A DNA stretch of 52,890 nucleotides from Gemmatimonadales bacterium (GTDB taxonomy: Bacteria; Gemmatimonadota; Gemmatimonadetes; Gemmatimonadales; GWC2-71-9): the NCBI GenBank assembly GCA_036379675.1, contig DASVGF010000082.1:1-52890 (forward strand). Direction: 5' to 3'. The notes beneath the pieces are model-generated. The model saw nothing but the letters and a program-made list of their open reading frames with translations, was not told the origin of the DNA and did no database searches. This document shows positions 51,789 through 52,890 of this stretch, in pieces; positions within the stretch are counted from its first letter, which is position 1, and the number at the start of each line of letters is the position of its first letter. The position numbers and the translations under genes are program-made.

Positions 51789-52890
51789 ATGCAGCGAGAG
51801 CTTCACACCTCCGGGTTCCGCCTTCTGAGACGACTCCTTCCCGGAGCCGTCCTTCTCCTGGCCGCGCCCACCGTTGAGGCCCAGTACTTCGGGCGTAACA
51901 AGGTCCAGTACGAAAACTTCCACTTCCAGGTGCTCAAGACCGAGCACTTCGATGTGCTTTTCTACCCTCCGGAAACGGAGGCGGCGCGGCACGCGGCGCG
52001 GATGGCCGAGCGCTGGTACGCCCGGCTTTCAAGCGTCTTCGACCACGAGCTCTCCGGCCGTCAGCCTGTCATTCTCTACGCCAGCGCGGCGGAGTTCCAG
52101 CAAACCAACGCCATACTCGGCACGCTGGGTGAGGGCACCGGTGGTGTCACCGAGGCGCTCCGCCGCCGCATCGTGCTCCCCACCGGCGGCACGCTGGCCG
52201 ACCTCGATCACGTTCTTGGCCACGAGCTGGTGCACGCTTTTCAGTACGACATCACCGGCAGCGGCCGGCCCAACAGCCTCGGCGCGCTCCCCGCCGCCAG
52301 CCAGCTCCCCCTCTGGTTCATCGAGGGCATGGCAGAGTACATGTCGATCGGACCGGTGGCGCCGCATACCGCGATGTGGATGCGGGGCGCGCTGGCCGAC
52401 ACCACCAAGGACTCACTCCCTTCATACTCGCAGCTCGAGGACCCCCGTTATTTCCCCTATCGCTACGGCCATGCGTTCCTGGCGTGGATAGCCGGTCGTT
52501 GGGGCGATCACGTGATGGGACAGCTGCTGCGGGGTGCCGGCCGGCGGCGCGACGTCACCGCCGCACTTCAGCGAGTCCTGAATGCCAACCCGGATACGCT
52601 GGTCGCGCGCTGGCACGCCGAAACCCGCGCGCAGTACGACCCATTGAAAAGCGCCACGGCCCCGCCCGAGGCATTCAGTACCCGCCTCATCGCAGCCAAA
52701 GGGGACGGCCGCTACAACGTTGCTCCGGCGCTCAGCCCCGACGGTGACGAGATGATGTTCCTCTCCGACCGGGGACTTTTTTCCATTGATCTGTTTCTGG
52801 CCGACGCGCGCACCGGCAAGGTCAAGCGGCAGGTCACCAAGACGGCGGTGGATCCTCACTTCCAGAGCCTTCAGTTCATTCAGTCGGCGG
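51789..52890 (+). CDS. Secreted HExxH metallopeptidase-like protein with a C-terminal TolB/PD40-like region (partial; runs off the right edge)
   Basis: Open-ended frame not in the ORF track. ATG 51789: MQRELHTSGFRLLRRLLPGAVLLLAAPTVEAQYFGRNKVQYENFHFQVLKTEHFDV...DLDHVLGHELVHAFQYD...YNVAPALSPDGDEMMFLSDR... Confidence 0.8.
   Translation, partial: MQRELHTSGFRLLRRLLPGAVLLLAAPTVEAQYFGRNKVQYENFHFQVLKTEHFDVLFYPPETEAARHAARMAERWYARLSSVFDHELSGRQPVILYASAAEFQQTNAILGTLGEGTGGVTEALRRRIVLPTGGTLADLDHVLGHELVHAFQYDITGSGRPNSLGALPAASQLPLWFIEGMAEYMSIGPVAPHTAMWMRGALADTTKDSLPSYSQLEDPRYFPYRYGHAFLAWIAGRWGDHVMGQLLRGAGRRRDVTAALQRVLNANPDTLVARWHAETRAQYDPLKSATAPPEAFSTRLIAAKGDGRYNVAPALSPDGDEMMFLSDRGLFSIDLFLADARTGKVKRQVTKTAVDPHFQSLQFIQSA

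Overview
This is a high-GC, densely coding bacterial chromosomal window. I saw no rRNA, tRNA, CRISPR array, transposase or integrase.

Left third (1-18.7 kb), housekeeping and envelope genes:
- fabH (partial) and a PHP-domain membrane protein.
- A TolC / ABC-ATPase / adaptor / FtsX-permease efflux operon of the MacAB-TolC type.
- A translationally coupled operon: thioredoxin-domain protein, cyclophilin, small hypothetical, HD protein, PLD/cardiolipin synthase.
- A His-rich Ni/Co-type transporter, a cytochrome c, and an OmpA protein with thrombospondin-type Ca-binding repeats.
- A SelW/Rdx-type selenoprotein gene with an in-frame UGA that the ORF track misses, then pfkA, prolyl oligopeptidase and a DoxX-like protein.

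Right two thirds (18.7-50.9 kb), one large C1 (methylotrophy) supercluster, almost all on the minus strand:
- An xoxF-xoxJ-xoxG operon for lanthanide-type PQQ methanol dehydrogenase. It is extended by a secreted pentapeptide-repeat protein, a YVTN beta-propeller lipoprotein and two tandem secreted JAB/MPN-like paralogs.
- An SDR / PCD / DHPS-like / pabB / pabA / DUF447 / mptG operon for H4MPT biosynthesis.
- mfnB, and a large GGDEF-EAL sensor gene embedded on the opposite strand.
- MfnE-like and MfnF-like genes, and a HisA/F-like gene.
- A roughly 12-gene coupled operon: mtdB, DUF1464, ATP-grasp, fhcB, fhcA, fhcD, fhcC, mch, a double-EthD lipoprotein, mptN, a CitG-like gene and a PTPS-like gene.
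- fae sits upstream of that operon, behind its own strong terminator.

The window ends with a sigma54-type promoter driving a small secreted His/Arg-rich protein, and a partial HExxH peptidase/TolB-like gene.

Most long ORF-track entries that overlap these genes are GC-driven shadow ORFs or over-extended N-termini. I trimmed starts using signal peptides, RBS-like sequences and ATGA/GTGA overlaps.

All functional calls come from motif and family recognition by eye. No searches were run.
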